IMG/VR virus record: IMGVR_UViG_3300011441_000012
Span: 1 to 56,858 of that record
Length of the DNA: 56,858 nucleotides
Strand: one strand, 5' to 3'
Origin: a virus
Lineage: Duplodnaviria; Caudoviricetes
This document shows, piece after piece, positions 8,432-18,578 of the stretch. The notes below the pieces were generated by a model. That model was not told the DNA's origin, searched no databases, and worked only from the letters and a program-made list of their open reading frames with translations. A program made the translations under genes and the position numbers. The number at the start of each line of letters is the position of its first letter. The first letter of the stretch is position 1.

Positions 8432-10395
8432 TAGGTGTAAGCGATTCGGACGTTTTTCAAAGTGATGGTTCGATTCGTCGGAGGCGTCGGCAGCGATCCG
8501 AAAAGCGTGTGCGTTGTTCCCGAAGCGGTGAAGGTTTGAGTTTGCGGCGAGATATTCCCGTCACTTCTCCAGAATTGATAAGTTACAGTGTAGGATTCGC
8601 CGTCCACCAAGTTCGAGCATTGGAGTGTGAAGCTCGCATCCGTGAATCGTCCTTGATTGAACCGCATTGCGTTCTGAACGTAGGTGCGATAGTTCGGATA
8701 GTTCTCCGAAGTCCTGCCATTGCTGGAATACTGAGTCTGGGAATTGATCGCCTCTTGATCGGTAAATGGGCTGGAGAGTGTTACTGACCAATCGCCCGTG
8801 GTTATCAGGCTGATATACGGGAACGTGCCATCAATGAAGAAGCTCTGATTGACCGGGAATCCCGGAGGCGTCTGCCCGTTTGCCGTGGTTATCATCAGCA
8901 CCGTGCTCCCGGTCGTGTTCATCACGCCGTTGTAGGTTTGAACGGTGGCCGTCTGACTGTAGTTCGGAGCGTAGCCAGCAATCCGGTCCACCATAAACGA
9001 TGGCCGGTCATTGTTTCCGTACACCGCCCAATCACCGTTTGCCAGCCAGAGATTTTCGTCCGTCTCGCAGTTGGCGCAGGAAGTTGGATCATCGGGCCAG
9101 CAATAGCCGTAGAGAATCGGAGCAGACTGAAACGGAACCAGAAACAAAACCGGATCGCCGCCTGTGTTTGTCGTCTCGTAGGTCATCACGTTCGGCCTGC
9201 TGGCATTGCACATCACCGTCATGGACTTGGTGTGGCGCGATATGATGTTGCCGTAAATATCAATGGCGTCAGAGCCGTTATAGACATACTTCGCGCCGGC
9301 CATTTGGATGGCGTCAGTCGCAGAGTCATTGCCATACGGGAATCCAATCTGGGTCATGTAACCCGTGTAGGTCGCCACCTTGTAGAGATTGGTGTCGGAC
9401 GAATTGTAAGCCGGGAATCCCTTGTAGGTTCTGATCGTGGTGAGACTCGTGCTCGTCGTGGCAATCAGCGGCGTGAAATAATTACGGTTCGCGTTCTCGC
9501 AAGTCGTATCAATCACGTTGAACTGAATCGCCGCGCTACCGGCTGCGGTTGGCGTACCGCTAATCAAGCCAGTGGAACTCATCGTCAGTCCAGTCGGCAA
9601 TGACCCTTGCGATACCGCCCACAGATAATTCCCAGAGCCGCCCGCCGCCTGCATCTGGAAGGAGTAAGCCTCACCGATGACATACTCGTCCAGCGCAGTG
9701 GTGGTAATCTCAATGACGTAAATCGAATAGGTCCGCGTGGCGTAGTTTCCGTCTGCAAGGAAAGCCTTCACCGTGAAAACGAACGTGCCGGCGTCCAGAG
9801 TTGTGCCGGAAATTGATCCAGTGAACGAGTTCAGCGAGAGTCCATCGGGAAGTTCACCATCTATGACAAACCATGTCACAGGTCTGGTGCCGTCGTAAGC
9901 GATACCCTCGTTGTATGTGCTACCGAGGCAGGTGCAACCGTCCAATGCACCGAGGCGCACGCTGGTTTGAGGGTTGCCGCAATTCTCGCAGGCGTAGGCG
10001 TTGGCTTGAGCGTCCGCCGCCTCTTGAGTTTCAGCACAGAATGTTCCTGCCGGGGTCGTGTAACAGAACTCTGTTCCACCCTGACCAACGCAACAGCATT
10101 GCTGTTCCACGTTGCAGAATCTCGGAACCACAGGCTCGCACGGAGGATTCGCGCAGAATGGAGGTGGGTCGGGAGGTGGAGGACAACTTGATTCCTGCTG
10201 AAGCGCACAGAGGTCAGCCGCGTTCTGGGATTCTTCCACGCAGCATACCGTCATGCAACCCGCCTTGTCCCAGCCTGAAGGAAAAACCACAGAGCAGAAT
10301 ACCGGCTCTTGCTCGGGGCCTTCGCTTGAATAATTTGAGATCGGGAAGTCTGTTCCCGGACAATCTACCTTGTTTGGGCAGGGCATGGTCGCCAT
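8431..10395 (-). CDS. Tail protein with Cys-rich N-terminus and two putative Ig (He_PIG-like) domains
   Basis: GELPDGLSLNSFTGSISGT and GSLPTGLTMSSTGLISGTPT motifs; DUF5977-like YTTPAGTF..TQEAADAQA; 20 Cys in the first ~155 aa. Confidence 0.7.
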   Translation of the reverse strand: MATMPCPNKVDCPGTDFPISNYSSEGPEQEPVFCSVVFPSGWDKAGCMTVCCVEESQNAADLCALQQESSCPPPPDPPPFCANPPCEPVVPRFCNVEQQCCCVGQGGTEFCYTTPAGTFCAETQEAADAQANAYACENCGNPQTSVRLGALDGCTCLGSTYNEGIAYDGTRPVTWFVIDGELPDGLSLNSFTGSISGTTLDAGTFVFTVKAFLADGNYATRTYSIYVIEITTTALDEYVIGEAYSFQMQAAGGSGNYLWAVSQGSLPTGLTMSSTGLISGTPTAAGSAAIQFNVIDTTCENANRNYFTPLIATTSTSLTTIRTYKGFPAYNSSDTNLYKVATYTGYMTQIGFPYGNDSATDAIQMAGAKYVYNGSDAIDIYGNIISRHTKSMTVMCNASRPNVMTYETTNTGGDPVLFLVPFQSAPILYGYCWPDDPTSCANCETDENLWLANGDWAVYGNNDRPSFMVDRIAGYAPNYSQTATVQTYNGVMNTTGSTVLMITTANGQTPPGFPVNQSFFIDGTFPYISLITTGDWSVTLSSPFTDQEAINSQTQYSSNGRTSENYPNYRTYVQNAMRFNQGRFTDASFTLQCSNLVDGESYTVTYQFWRSDGNISPQTQTFTASGTTHTLFGSLPTPPTNRTITLKNVRIAYT

Positions 10396-10398
10396 AGG

Positions 10399-10563
10399 TC
10401 AATCAACAAAACTCATCATCACTCTCCTGCGCGTCACCACCACATCTATCGTGACATCCGACTCTACCACCGGGGCATCATCAAGCCAAATAGCAAACTC
10501 GTTATCCCCTCCCGCTGCCACAATGGGAGAACCGTCCAGCCAATAATCCATGTTGTCGGTCAT
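10399..10563 (-). CDS. 54-aa protein with internal repeat (YWLDGSPIV / IWLDDAPVV)
   Basis: Manual translation; fills the gap exactly and has an ATGA overlap with the upstream gene. Confidence 0.65.
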   Translation of the reverse strand: MTDNMDYWLDGSPIVAAGGDNEFAIWLDDAPVVESDVTIDVVVTRRRVMMSFVD

Positions 10564-11036
10564 GTGGTTTCAATGTGATCCCAGTAGCAGGGTGCGCTCA
10601 TGTACTGCCCATCGTAATTGGCGTGTAGTTCCACCCATGTTGCCCCATCAGCCGAGGGGCTGATATTGGCAGGCCCGATAGTGATCCAGTTCGTGCTGCT
10701 GCCTGCGGTTTCAATCACGTCAGCCGCAATGCCGATTGCCGGGTTGGCCTTGACCACGAGCGTTGGTCTGGGTGAGGCGTTGACCTCCTGCTTGACGTTC
10801 ACAGCTACCGTTCGTGCTCCAGATGCGAAAGCCCATCGGAAGCGATACACTCCGCGAGCATCCATTCTCAAGGAAGGTTGCGATGGGTCGCCTTCAGAGG
10901 TGTCCTTTCCTCCAAACGTGCTCAGGAATTGAGCGCAATCGGATAGGTAGTAACCACGCAGCACCACCCTTGGAGCCAAGTCAGGCATTCCGGTTGCGCC
11001 GGTGCCGTTCGTTGCGATTGAGCCGAGGTCGGACAT
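10560..11036 (-). CDS. Tail-associated beta-rich protein
   Basis: Likely start MSDLGS at 11036; position. Confidence 0.55.
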   Translation of the reverse strand: MSDLGSIATNGTGATGMPDLAPRVVLRGYYLSDCAQFLSTFGGKDTSEGDPSQPSLRMDARGVYRFRWAFASGARTVAVNVKQEVNASPRPTLVVKANPAIGIAADVIETAGSSTNWITIGPANISPSADGATWVELHANYDGQYMSAPCYWDHIETT

Positions 11037-11037
11037 T

Positions 11038-11997
11038 TCAGTTCGTGTCAACGGTGTTGCTCGTCTCGATCATATACACCCCTCCATTGCCAGAGGTCTT
11101 GATGAACTCGAAAGTCTTGCCAGAAAAATCTCCCGTCCCAGAAACAGTGTCGCCATCAGCAACCGATGCGATGGGATGGCAGAACTGCCAGAAGCCTCGC
11201 ATCCATCCCCTCACGCTGCCTGCTGGAGCGGTGGTCGGGTCACCTATCCATACCTTTGACAAGTATAACCCTCCATCGGATGGATTGGGATATGGCAGCG
11301 TTCCCAGCAATCCTGTGGTTGATCCCCTGATATTTGAATTACCACTCTTTCCAGATGTAATTGAACCTCCAGTTCCAAGGTATGACCGTGAAAAAAAATT
11401 CCCTGATGGCGCGGTGGTCAAATCCGTTACCAGCACGTCCAGCTTGTCCACTGATGCTGTCGCACTGTTCTCAGTAATACGTGCGGCAATCATGCAGTTA
11501 TAGAGGTCGCTATTCACCACGGAGTAGAAATCTCCGAACATGAAGGCGTAGTAAGTTCCCGCAACTCCAACCGCGACCTCGCTCTTGGCGAATACATATA
11601 CGGTGCGGTCGTCCGCGAAAATCTTCCAATCTCGGGCTGTGCCGTCTGCGGCCACGCTCTTACGAACGAACAATCCATTGGCCATTTGCGCCACGGTTGG
11701 AAACGGTCCAGTTCCCGTGTTCACATCGCTCATGGTTTCGTAGCCGATAATTCGGGCTTCCTTTGCCGCGCCTGCTCCCGGTCCAGCATCGTTCACGCGC
11801 AGATAGAATCCTGATCCTGCGCCTTGGAGATAGGCTGCGAGGTCGGTGCCAGTGTAGGGCTTAGTCCACCCTGCCGCAGCCTTCGCTCCGTATCCGTTGA
11901 CGAGGCAACCGTCGAGAACGTCAATGAGTGAGCTTACGGTGCCGTCCCATACTGGGGCTGAACCATCGAGGTTTGAATATCGGGTAAATTGGGCCAT
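11038..11997 (-). CDS. Phage tail-fibre-associated structural protein
   Basis: LDGCLVNGYG..AAGWT and GFYLRVND motifs, familiar from phage tail proteins. Confidence 0.6.
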   Translation of the reverse strand: MAQFTRYSNLDGSAPVWDGTVSSLIDVLDGCLVNGYGAKAAAGWTKPYTGTDLAAYLQGAGSGFYLRVNDAGPGAGAAKEARIIGYETMSDVNTGTGPFPTVAQMANGLFVRKSVAADGTARDWKIFADDRTVYVFAKSEVAVGVAGTYYAFMFGDFYSVVNSDLYNCMIAARITENSATASVDKLDVLVTDLTTAPSGNFFSRSYLGTGGSITSGKSGNSNIRGSTTGLLGTLPYPNPSDGGLYLSKVWIGDPTTAPAGSVRGWMRGFWQFCHPIASVADGDTVSGTGDFSGKTFEFIKTSGNGGVYMIETSNTVDTN

Positions 11998-11998
11998 A

Positions 11999-14275
11999 TC
12001 AGTTCTCTCCTAGCTCCACACTCACGGTCCAGTATTCTGCTGTCGCCAGAGTGAGAATGTTCATTCGTAATTTGTTTCCCGATGCCACCGTTCCGAGTGC
12101 GGTCGTATTGCTGCCTTCGTAAGCCCCGCTTCCAAGAGTGACATCGCCCACTGTCGCCGCACTGAATGCTCCTGAAGCCGTGGACTTCTCCACTCGAACG
12201 CTCGGCGCACCGCCTGCCGTTTCCACGCGCAAAGTGATTCGCCTCACATTCCACGTCAAGCCCGTCGTCCCGTCGTCGGGGTCGTAAGGCACGGTTAGTT
12301 CTCCACGATCTGCGCCGATTGCCAGAGGTGTGAACGCGATGCAGAAAACTAGAACGCAGCCTCGCTTCTGGGTCGTGGGAGTGACGTTGATGGTTCGCTC
12401 TCCGGGAGTGGTGTCGTCAAAGGAGACATCCGTTCCAGCGAGCAGCCTGCGACTATTCGGAAGCGTTCCAGTCTCGTCAGCGTCGGTCAGATACGTCTCC
12501 GTCGTGGGAGCACCACTCGCCGCCGCAATCGTAACGTCCACCTCGCCATCCCCGGCGTCGTCAGCCACGGTCAGGGTGACATTGCTTCCTTCGATGAAGT
12601 TCAGTCGGCTTCGAGTGCCGACATTCGCCCCGGAGTTCTTCCGTACTACTACGGTCTGAGGGTCAGCCAAGACCCCGGACAGACCGGCCACGCTTATCTC
12701 GTCGCCTCCAGCGTTCTCATGGGTCGAAGCATGGGCGGTTGGGGCGCGAGTGTTGGTGTTGCGCGGGTCGGAATCTGTGACGTAGGGATTCGCCGCGCTC
12801 GGGACGCCGTTGGTGCCTGCTAGGGCTGCCTTCTCGTCGGAGCTTGGAAACCGTGTGACTGGAATGCCGCTGTCCTGAATCAGCTTCCCGGTAAGACCGT
12901 CGAAGGTCGTCACGTTATCGTCCACGGAGCTTGCTGGACCAACTACGTCACCGCCGCCCGCAGGCACAGTGAAGTTCCCCTGACCGTTCAGGAACTCTGT
13001 GGCCACGTTGGACAGCTTCTTGAGCAGCCCGTGAGCCGTGGTCGAGGCGTTCAGGTTCGTGTTATCCGTAGTCGCCGCAAGCGTGTCCAAGGCTATCGGG
13101 TCAGCCCCGCCTGTCTTATGCCTCGTGGCGTGGATTAGCGGGGCGTAGAGCGCGTCCGCCTGCGCTTGGGTCAATCCACCGCTCGGAGGCTGAGTCGTCG
13201 CGCCTTGCTGCAATGAGATGTCGTCCAGATAGAATCCAATCGTGGACGGTCCCGCCCTCGTTAGCCTCACTCGGTCCACGGTAGCCCCCTCGGTGATGGC
13301 GAACCCGGTCAGGGGTATGGCAATCTGCTGGTACGCTCCCAAGGTGGCGGAGTTGAACCCGTAGAGTCCATTGCCAATCGTCAGGGTTGCCCCCACAACC
13401 ACCCCGGCGAGGCGAAATTGAACCGTGAGAGTCCGGTTATTAGCCCAAGCCGCCTTGGACCGGATGTACATTATCAGGAAACCATCGGCATTGGGATCAA
13501 ATGGAGCCGCTGCGACCCCTTCGATGTAGTTACCGGAGGAAATGTTGGTCGCCTCGATGTCCACCACTCCAGACCTAGGGAAGTTGGCTGAAGCCAGATT
13601 CCAGCCCGCTCCACTCGCCGTCCAAGCCCACTCCGTAGGAGGACCGGCGTTCTCGGCGTACATCAGCGTGGTAGTGACGGATGGAGGGGACGTTGTGGTA
13701 GCCACTACGAGGACCAGGGCGAGCTTCAACTGAGAGCCGGGGTCAGTCTCCGGCTCGGAAGGCTGCGCTGAAGCTGTCCCTGTGATCTTGACCACCGTGC
13801 CCGTGTCATCCACCGCGATAACGTCAATGCGGTCGTCGGTCGGGTCAGAGGCGTCCAGCGATATGATCTGCTCCAAGCTGGAGTAGAGCACGCCCATGAT
13901 GTAGTAGGTCGCTGCGGAAACCCGGAAGGTGTAGGCCGTCTCCCAGACCACCTGACCGCCACTCACGAGGAACGTGGTCTGCGCTGCGGCTGTTGTTGAG
14001 CCAATGGCGGCTATTGAGCCGTCCACGTAGTTCTTGGTAGCCGCGTCCTGAACTCCAGTGGGGTCGGTTACGTCGGTGATCCTGCCGTCATCCTGAACTA
14101 ATGGGGCACTGTTCTGGATGATCTGACCTGTTGCCCCGTCGTAGCGAGCAATCGCGTTGTCCGTGGAAACAACCGGCCCAACTACCGTTCCAGAGCCGGG
14201 AATACCGGCCAACCCGAGTTTGCGTCGGGCAATCGGAGCGTTATAGACAACAAGACTGTCACCATCAATCGTCAT
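11999..14275 (-). CDS. Tail fibre protein
   Basis: DAATKNYVD neck, two GxVVGP..S.D..I..xDG.TG..IQ.S repeats, two HAxxH motifs, RLNFIEG.NV unit, RIDVI motif. Confidence 0.8.
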   Translation of the reverse strand: MTIDGDSLVVYNAPIARRKLGLAGIPGSGTVVGPVVSTDNAIARYDGATGQIIQNSAPLVQDDGRITDVTDPTGVQDAATKNYVDGSIAAIGSTTAAAQTTFLVSGGQVVWETAYTFRVSAATYYIMGVLYSSLEQIISLDASDPTDDRIDVIAVDDTGTVVKITGTASAQPSEPETDPGSQLKLALVLVVATTTSPPSVTTTLMYAENAGPPTEWAWTASGAGWNLASANFPRSGVVDIEATNISSGNYIEGVAAAPFDPNADGFLIMYIRSKAAWANNRTLTVQFRLAGVVVGATLTIGNGLYGFNSATLGAYQQIAIPLTGFAITEGATVDRVRLTRAGPSTIGFYLDDISLQQGATTQPPSGGLTQAQADALYAPLIHATRHKTGGADPIALDTLAATTDNTNLNASTTAHGLLKKLSNVATEFLNGQGNFTVPAGGGDVVGPASSVDDNVTTFDGLTGKLIQDSGIPVTRFPSSDEKAALAGTNGVPSAANPYVTDSDPRNTNTRAPTAHASTHENAGGDEISVAGLSGVLADPQTVVVRKNSGANVGTRSRLNFIEGSNVTLTVADDAGDGEVDVTIAAASGAPTTETYLTDADETGTLPNSRRLLAGTDVSFDDTTPGERTINVTPTTQKRGCVLVFCIAFTPLAIGADRGELTVPYDPDDGTTGLTWNVRRITLRVETAGGAPSVRVEKSTASGAFSAATVGDVTLGSGAYEGSNTTALGTVASGNKLRMNILTLATAEYWTVSVELGEN

Positions 14276-16080
14276 GGTTCAATGGATAGCGGCCCCGCGG
14301 TGCATTGCATAGACCCGAACGGCGTCTTGAGCCACGGAACCGCATAAACGATAAGACCGCGAATGCGGCACCATCCTGAAAGCTCCACCTTCACTTGGAA
14401 CTGAAATCCAATGTTCGCCGGCCTTGAGTTGATTGAAATGCACGGCGCCAATGGTGGAACTGGAAACTGAATCGGCATTTTACCACTCTCCCTGAACACT
14501 TCCAGCGGATAGCACACTGGATTGTTGATGTCCTCGCAGGAGCTTCGAGCGGTGCAGATTTGCTGATGATGCCAGAGTTGCCAGCAAGGGTCTGCGTCAG
14601 GCCGGTAATAAATCTTGAGGTCCACCGTTCCAAACAGCTTGTCCAGCCAAAGCTCGCCCCCATCCAGAACCTTCATGTCGAACTCCCTGCCCCAAGTGTA
14701 GGCTGGGAACTCCACATACCAGCTAACCCGCGTGTCAACATTGTCGAACCGCTGATCCCGCGTGATCTCCCAAAGCTGGATGCTGTCGTCCTCTCGGGAC
14801 ACGATGATAGCAAAGGCTCGCTCGCGTCCACCGAAGTCGCCATTAAGTAGCTGGAGCACGTCCAAGCCCTCCTGAATCCCTTCCCAGTCCGGGGGCGTCT
14901 TCTCCTGAAGCGTCGTAATCGGGTCGAAGTCCAGCGTTGCAATGCCCCGGTGAACCACCCCTTGGGGTCGTTGTTCTGGAAGGATGCCCATGTAGAGCCG
15001 GGAATCGTACTCAATGCCCGTGGAGAATCGCATCAAAGCGCGGTCGTTGAACGCCAAGGCTCTGTTGATATTGTTCGAGATTGGTGTGTTACCCCATTGG
15101 TTGAAGTATCTTAGGGCGGTGAATAAGCTGCGAATACCCGGCTCGAGGCTCTGATAGAACAGGTCGCCGTTGTTCGCCACAATGCTGCGGTCGCTCACTC
15201 CGCCGTTATTTCGCTGAACCACCCTCTGGAGCGGCACGCCGTAGTCTCCAGCCCCGTCAGCGGCCTTAGTCCACGCCTCGCGGCTGATAGGCACATCCAT
15301 CGCATAGACCTGCTGCCGGGTGAACACGAACAGAGTTCCTTCACCCTGAGACTTGTCCATATTTGTGACATACTGCAAGGCTCGGATGTTTCCGGCTTGA
15401 GTGGGCACTGCGAAGCCGTCGCCACCGATGGCTAGGGGGTTCTCTGTGACCTTTAGGATGGAATCCCTCAGACTGTATGGCGCAGTGCCGCTAGGGCCGC
15501 CTACGATGTCCCCTGCCGTGTAGTAGCGGAAATTGGCATACCAGATGCGCCCTTGGTAATAGACCATGGGACCGGCTGCGGGAAGCTCTGCGGTGATCCC
15601 CGGTCCAGGATTCAGCCCCACGCTCTGCCGCATCGTCGTGCCGTCCCAGATCGCCGGCAGCGTCGTGTAATCCCCCGCCTGAACCACCATGAACTCCTCG
15701 CCTTGGGTGAAATGAAAGAGCGGCTCGGTAGCCGGGAAAACTACTGACCCGGTGATGTCGTCTATGCTGTTATCCGTATCTACACGGATGCGGAAGAATC
15801 GGCCACTGATTGCGACGATCAGGTAGGGGATACCTGTGGTCTGCATGTAGGTCCATGCGCCCTGAAATAACCCTCCAGAGTCAGCGATTCCACAGATCGG
15901 AACGTAGCCTGTGCGCTTGGTTATGCCGCCGCCCCTGAAGCTCGCGTTATTGGCCCATGACACCGCATTTCGCGGCAGTCCGTTGGGCATGTTTGGACCG
16001 GCGATGGTCGTCGCCCTGGATGAATCCACGCCCAAGCTGAAATCCAGTTGTCCATCTGCAATCCTTACCTCTCCAGCCAT
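14272..16080 (-). CDS. Tail tubular protein B / stabilisation (nozzle)-like protein
   Basis: 602 aa, beta-rich, N-terminal 'ANN...GGITKRTG' motif typical of podovirus nozzle proteins. Confidence 0.65.
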   Translation of the reverse strand: MAGEVRIADGQLDFSLGVDSSRATTIAGPNMPNGLPRNAVSWANNASFRGGGITKRTGYVPICGIADSGGLFQGAWTYMQTTGIPYLIVAISGRFFRIRVDTDNSIDDITGSVVFPATEPLFHFTQGEEFMVVQAGDYTTLPAIWDGTTMRQSVGLNPGPGITAELPAAGPMVYYQGRIWYANFRYYTAGDIVGGPSGTAPYSLRDSILKVTENPLAIGGDGFAVPTQAGNIRALQYVTNMDKSQGEGTLFVFTRQQVYAMDVPISREAWTKAADGAGDYGVPLQRVVQRNNGGVSDRSIVANNGDLFYQSLEPGIRSLFTALRYFNQWGNTPISNNINRALAFNDRALMRFSTGIEYDSRLYMGILPEQRPQGVVHRGIATLDFDPITTLQEKTPPDWEGIQEGLDVLQLLNGDFGGRERAFAIIVSREDDSIQLWEITRDQRFDNVDTRVSWYVEFPAYTWGREFDMKVLDGGELWLDKLFGTVDLKIYYRPDADPCWQLWHHQQICTARSSCEDINNPVCYPLEVFRESGKMPIQFPVPPLAPCISINSRPANIGFQFQVKVELSGWCRIRGLIVYAVPWLKTPFGSMQCTAGPLSIEP

Positions 16081-16083
16081 AGT

Positions 16084-16296
16084 TCATTCTTCCGGTGGAG
16101 GCGGAGGCCATTGCACTCCCAATCGCTCCGCCGCTTCCTTGTAGAATTGCTCAGGGGTTTTCTCATTGAGGCTAAGAATATCACTTAGTTCCTCGGCGGT
16201 CGGCTGCCAGCCTTTCGGTCTGCCGGCATGGTTCGCCCAAAGTTCGATGCCGCCGCGTATCACGGTGGCGATGAGAGATGCTAGTGCTGGATCCAC
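16084..16296 (-). CDS. Small protein in lysis-like cluster
   Basis: 70 aa with amphipathic N-terminus. Confidence 0.55.
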   Translation of the reverse strand: MDPALASLIATVIRGGIELWANHAGRPKGWQPTAEELSDILSLNEKTPEQFYKEAAERLGVQWPPPPPEE

Positions 16297-16304
16297 GGTG
16301 TTCC

Positions 16305-16643
16305 TTATAGTGAGTAGATTAACCGCATGAGTTCGTCGGCCAATTTCTGAACCTCGATTGGGGTCAGTTTGGTCATGTCGCTTTGGGCTGCCGCGAAGGC
16401 GAGTCGGAAGCTGGCCTGAAACTTGGCGTAAGCCTCCTCCACCTGAGCCTTCTTCTCGGGGCTGATTTCTTTGCGAACCACTTTCTCCGCGAACACATCA
16501 TACGCCCGGTGAGCGACAATCTGGATGTCCTTGAACGTGTAAAACACGATCTGCTCTTGGGTCGTGGCCGTCTTGCAGCCGGTGAAGACCGCTGGAGTGG
16601 CAGTCAGGCAGACCGCCAACAGGATTAGGCGGAGGTATTTCAT
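16305..16643 (-). CDS. Lipoprotein, possibly spanin-like
   Basis: Signal peptide with lipobox-like VFTG-C and a helical mature part. Confidence 0.65.
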   Translation of the reverse strand: MKYLRLILLAVCLTATPAVFTGCKTATTQEQIVFYTFKDIQIVAHRAYDVFAEKVVRKEISPEKKAQVEEAYAKFQASFRLAFAAAQSDMTKLTPIEVQKLADELMRLIYSL

Positions 16644-16783
16644 GGCGTTCGCTTCCAGTTGACGATCAGCGCAACGGCAGCGGCAACCGCTACCACTCCA
16701 AGCACCCAGCCTGGAATCTTGGTTTCGATCAGTTGCATGACTCCAAAGAGGAGCAGGAATCCGGCTAAGAAGAATGTGCTCAT
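16640..16783 (-). CDS. Small two-TM membrane protein, holin-like
   Basis: MSTFFLAGFLLLFG...WVLGVVAVAAAVALIV. Confidence 0.55.
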   Translation of the reverse strand: MSTFFLAGFLLLFGVMQLIETKIPGWVLGVVAVAAAVALIVNWKRTP

Positions 16784-16787
16784 AATT

Positions 16788-17069
16788 TTACTTTTTGTCT
16801 GGTGCTGGCTCAACGGTGACAGTCTGCGTCTCACCCGTATTGTCAGCTTTCTGTTGTTGGCGGTAAGTATTCCACGAACTGGAACAGAAAGCGAGCCATT
16901 GGGTTGCCCCGCCTACAATGCTGCCAAGTGTTAATCCAGCCCACATAATCATGGATGGCGTCTCGCCGGAGTTGGCCCACTGTGCGATTCCAGCGCCCAT
17001 GGGTCCGCAAAACCCTATGGTGACGTAGGCGAATCCCTTGCTGCCTATGATGAAGGTGTCCAGATTCAT
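16788..17069 (-). CDS. Two-TM membrane protein, holin candidate
   Basis: Two hydrophobic segments and a charged C-terminus. Confidence 0.5.
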   Translation of the reverse strand: MNLDTFIIGSKGFAYVTIGFCGPMGAGIAQWANSGETPSMIMWAGLTLGSIVGGATQWLAFCSSSWNTYRQQQKADNTGETQTVTVEPAPDKK

Positions 17070-17326
17070 TTTGGTAGGGAATCCCACATCCTGAACAACA
17101 CCTCAACAATGGCTACCGCTGCCGCCACCGCTCCGCCGACCCATGCTGCGGTTCGCAGCGATTGGTCTTCTATCTTTCGGACTCGCCTGCTCAAGCCATT
17201 GTCTCCGTGAATATCTTCCTCATGCTTCAACACCAACGGTCCAATACCAATCTCTTTACCGTCTCCGGTAATAATGCCTTCAAGGTGTCGCACACGGGGT
17301 TCTAGTTGATGAGCTTCTTCACGCAT
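17066..17326 (-). CDS. Coiled-coil protein with C-terminal TM anchor
   Basis: GLSRRVRKIE coil followed by AAWVGGAVAAAVAIVEVLF. Confidence 0.55.
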   Translation of the reverse strand: MREEAHQLEPRVRHLEGIITGDGKEIGIGPLVLKHEEDIHGDNGLSRRVRKIEDQSLRTAAWVGGAVAAAVAIVEVLFRMWDSLPK

Positions 17327-17736
17327 AATGGTTCAAATAGTTCATTCAATGACTTTTCCAGAAAGCTTTTGCTTATGAGCCTGACGCATCCCTGCTCCAG
17401 CGCCTCTTGCAATCCCGGCCATTCAAGATGTCCGGTGCAAAGAAACACCCTCACCAAAGGCCACTTGCTTTTGATTTCCTTGTGAATAGTCAGCCCGTCT
17501 ATGTCGGGCAGTTTGATGTCCAGTAGAACCACATCGTAAGTCACCAACGAAAGAGCTTCCAAAGCCTGATTCCCGTTCTCCGCCTCGTTCATGTCGAGGT
17601 TGTAGAGCGAGAGTAGATCGCGTATCAGCAGCCGTGTTGCCGAATCATCCTCCACCACCAAGACGCGAACCTTCCGAGAGATACATATTTTTGCAATGTC
17701 TTCTCGTAGTTGCTGGAGTTTTAAGTCCTGTGTCAT
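17302..17736 (-). CDS. Single-domain response regulator (receiver, CheY-like)
   Basis: VLVVEDD, phospho-acceptor in VVLLDIKLPDIDG, conserved T (CTG) and K (ISK). Confidence 0.88.
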   Translation of the reverse strand: MTQDLKLQQLREDIAKICISRKVRVLVVEDDSATRLLIRDLLSLYNLDMNEAENGNQALEALSLVTYDVVLLDIKLPDIDGLTIHKEIKSKWPLVRVFLCTGHLEWPGLQEALEQGCVRLISKSFLEKSLNELFEPLCVKKLIN

Positions 17737-17782
17737 GGCGGCATTGCGGAGATCAAAAGCAGACCGATTGCTATTGGTAGTT

Positions 17783-18127
17783 TCATACCTGCTCAGCTAC
17801 CAAACCTGTGGCCATGTCCGCAGGAGCAAACGTCACTTCTGTGTTGCCGGTCAAAGTTTCGTAACCGTTTGGGTCTGACAAATCGCGCCTGATCCTCGCC
17901 GTGTAACCAATCAACGCGACCACCTTTCGGGTCGGCTGAATGCTCTTAACCGTGGCTTGAATCCCTCCCGTGTTAGGGTCGGGTTCAATCGAAATCGCAC
18001 CGCTCTCCGTAGTCCAGTCCACCGGACCATCCTTGTCCCACACTCCGGGAATCGCGTTGCCCAGCACGTTAGATGGGCGGATCGCCAGTTGAATTGGTTT
18101 GTCGGAGGTTGAGATTATTGAATTCAT
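17783..18127 (-). CDS. Ig-like beta protein
   Basis: 114 aa beta-strand pattern including PVDWT. Confidence 0.45.
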   Translation of the reverse strand: MNSIISTSDKPIQLAIRPSNVLGNAIPGVWDKDGPVDWTTESGAISIEPDPNTGGIQATVKSIQPTRKVVALIGYTARIRRDLSDPNGYETLTGNTEVTFAPADMATGLVAEQV

Positions 18128-18149
18128 GGCTCAGGCAATGGCGGTGGTC

Positions 18150-18578
18150 CTATTGTATGCGAAGGTTCATGTCGCTGCGGGGCGGACTCGGTACCCCAGC
18201 GACGTTGGAAGGGCGCGACTCACCCCAGTAGTTTTTCGCTGTTATGACAAAGAACCTCAGTTGGGGAGACATCAAGATTGACAAGCTTCTGTTAGTTCCC
18301 GGAACAGTGGTCCATATCGGCCAGCTGGCCGTGTTCACAGCGGGATCGGTGTGCGAGTAGATCACGAATTGCTCCACATCGTTGGTGAACGTCTCAATGT
18401 CAGTCCCATTGGTGATCGAGTAGGAGTTGGTTGGATAATCCCAAACCAGAGTGCAACTGGTTTTCATCTGTCCTGGAGCGGCAAAAACAGAAAAGACGTA
18501 ACTCAATGCAATGAATAATGCGCAGCACAGCATGAGCGGGCCACATGTCTTAAGAAACACCCTATCAGTTAATTTCAT
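18150..18578 (-). CDS. Exported fibronectin type III-like protein
   Basis: Signal/TM segment; TLVWD...FFVITAKN..GES.PSN Fn3 signature. Confidence 0.65.
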   Translation of the reverse strand: MKLTDRVFLKTCGPLMLCCALFIALSYVFSVFAAPGQMKTSCTLVWDYPTNSYSITNGTDIETFTNDVEQFVIYSHTDPAVNTASWPIWTTVPGTNRSLSILMSPQLRFFVITAKNYWGESRPSNVAGVPSPPRSDMNLRIQ

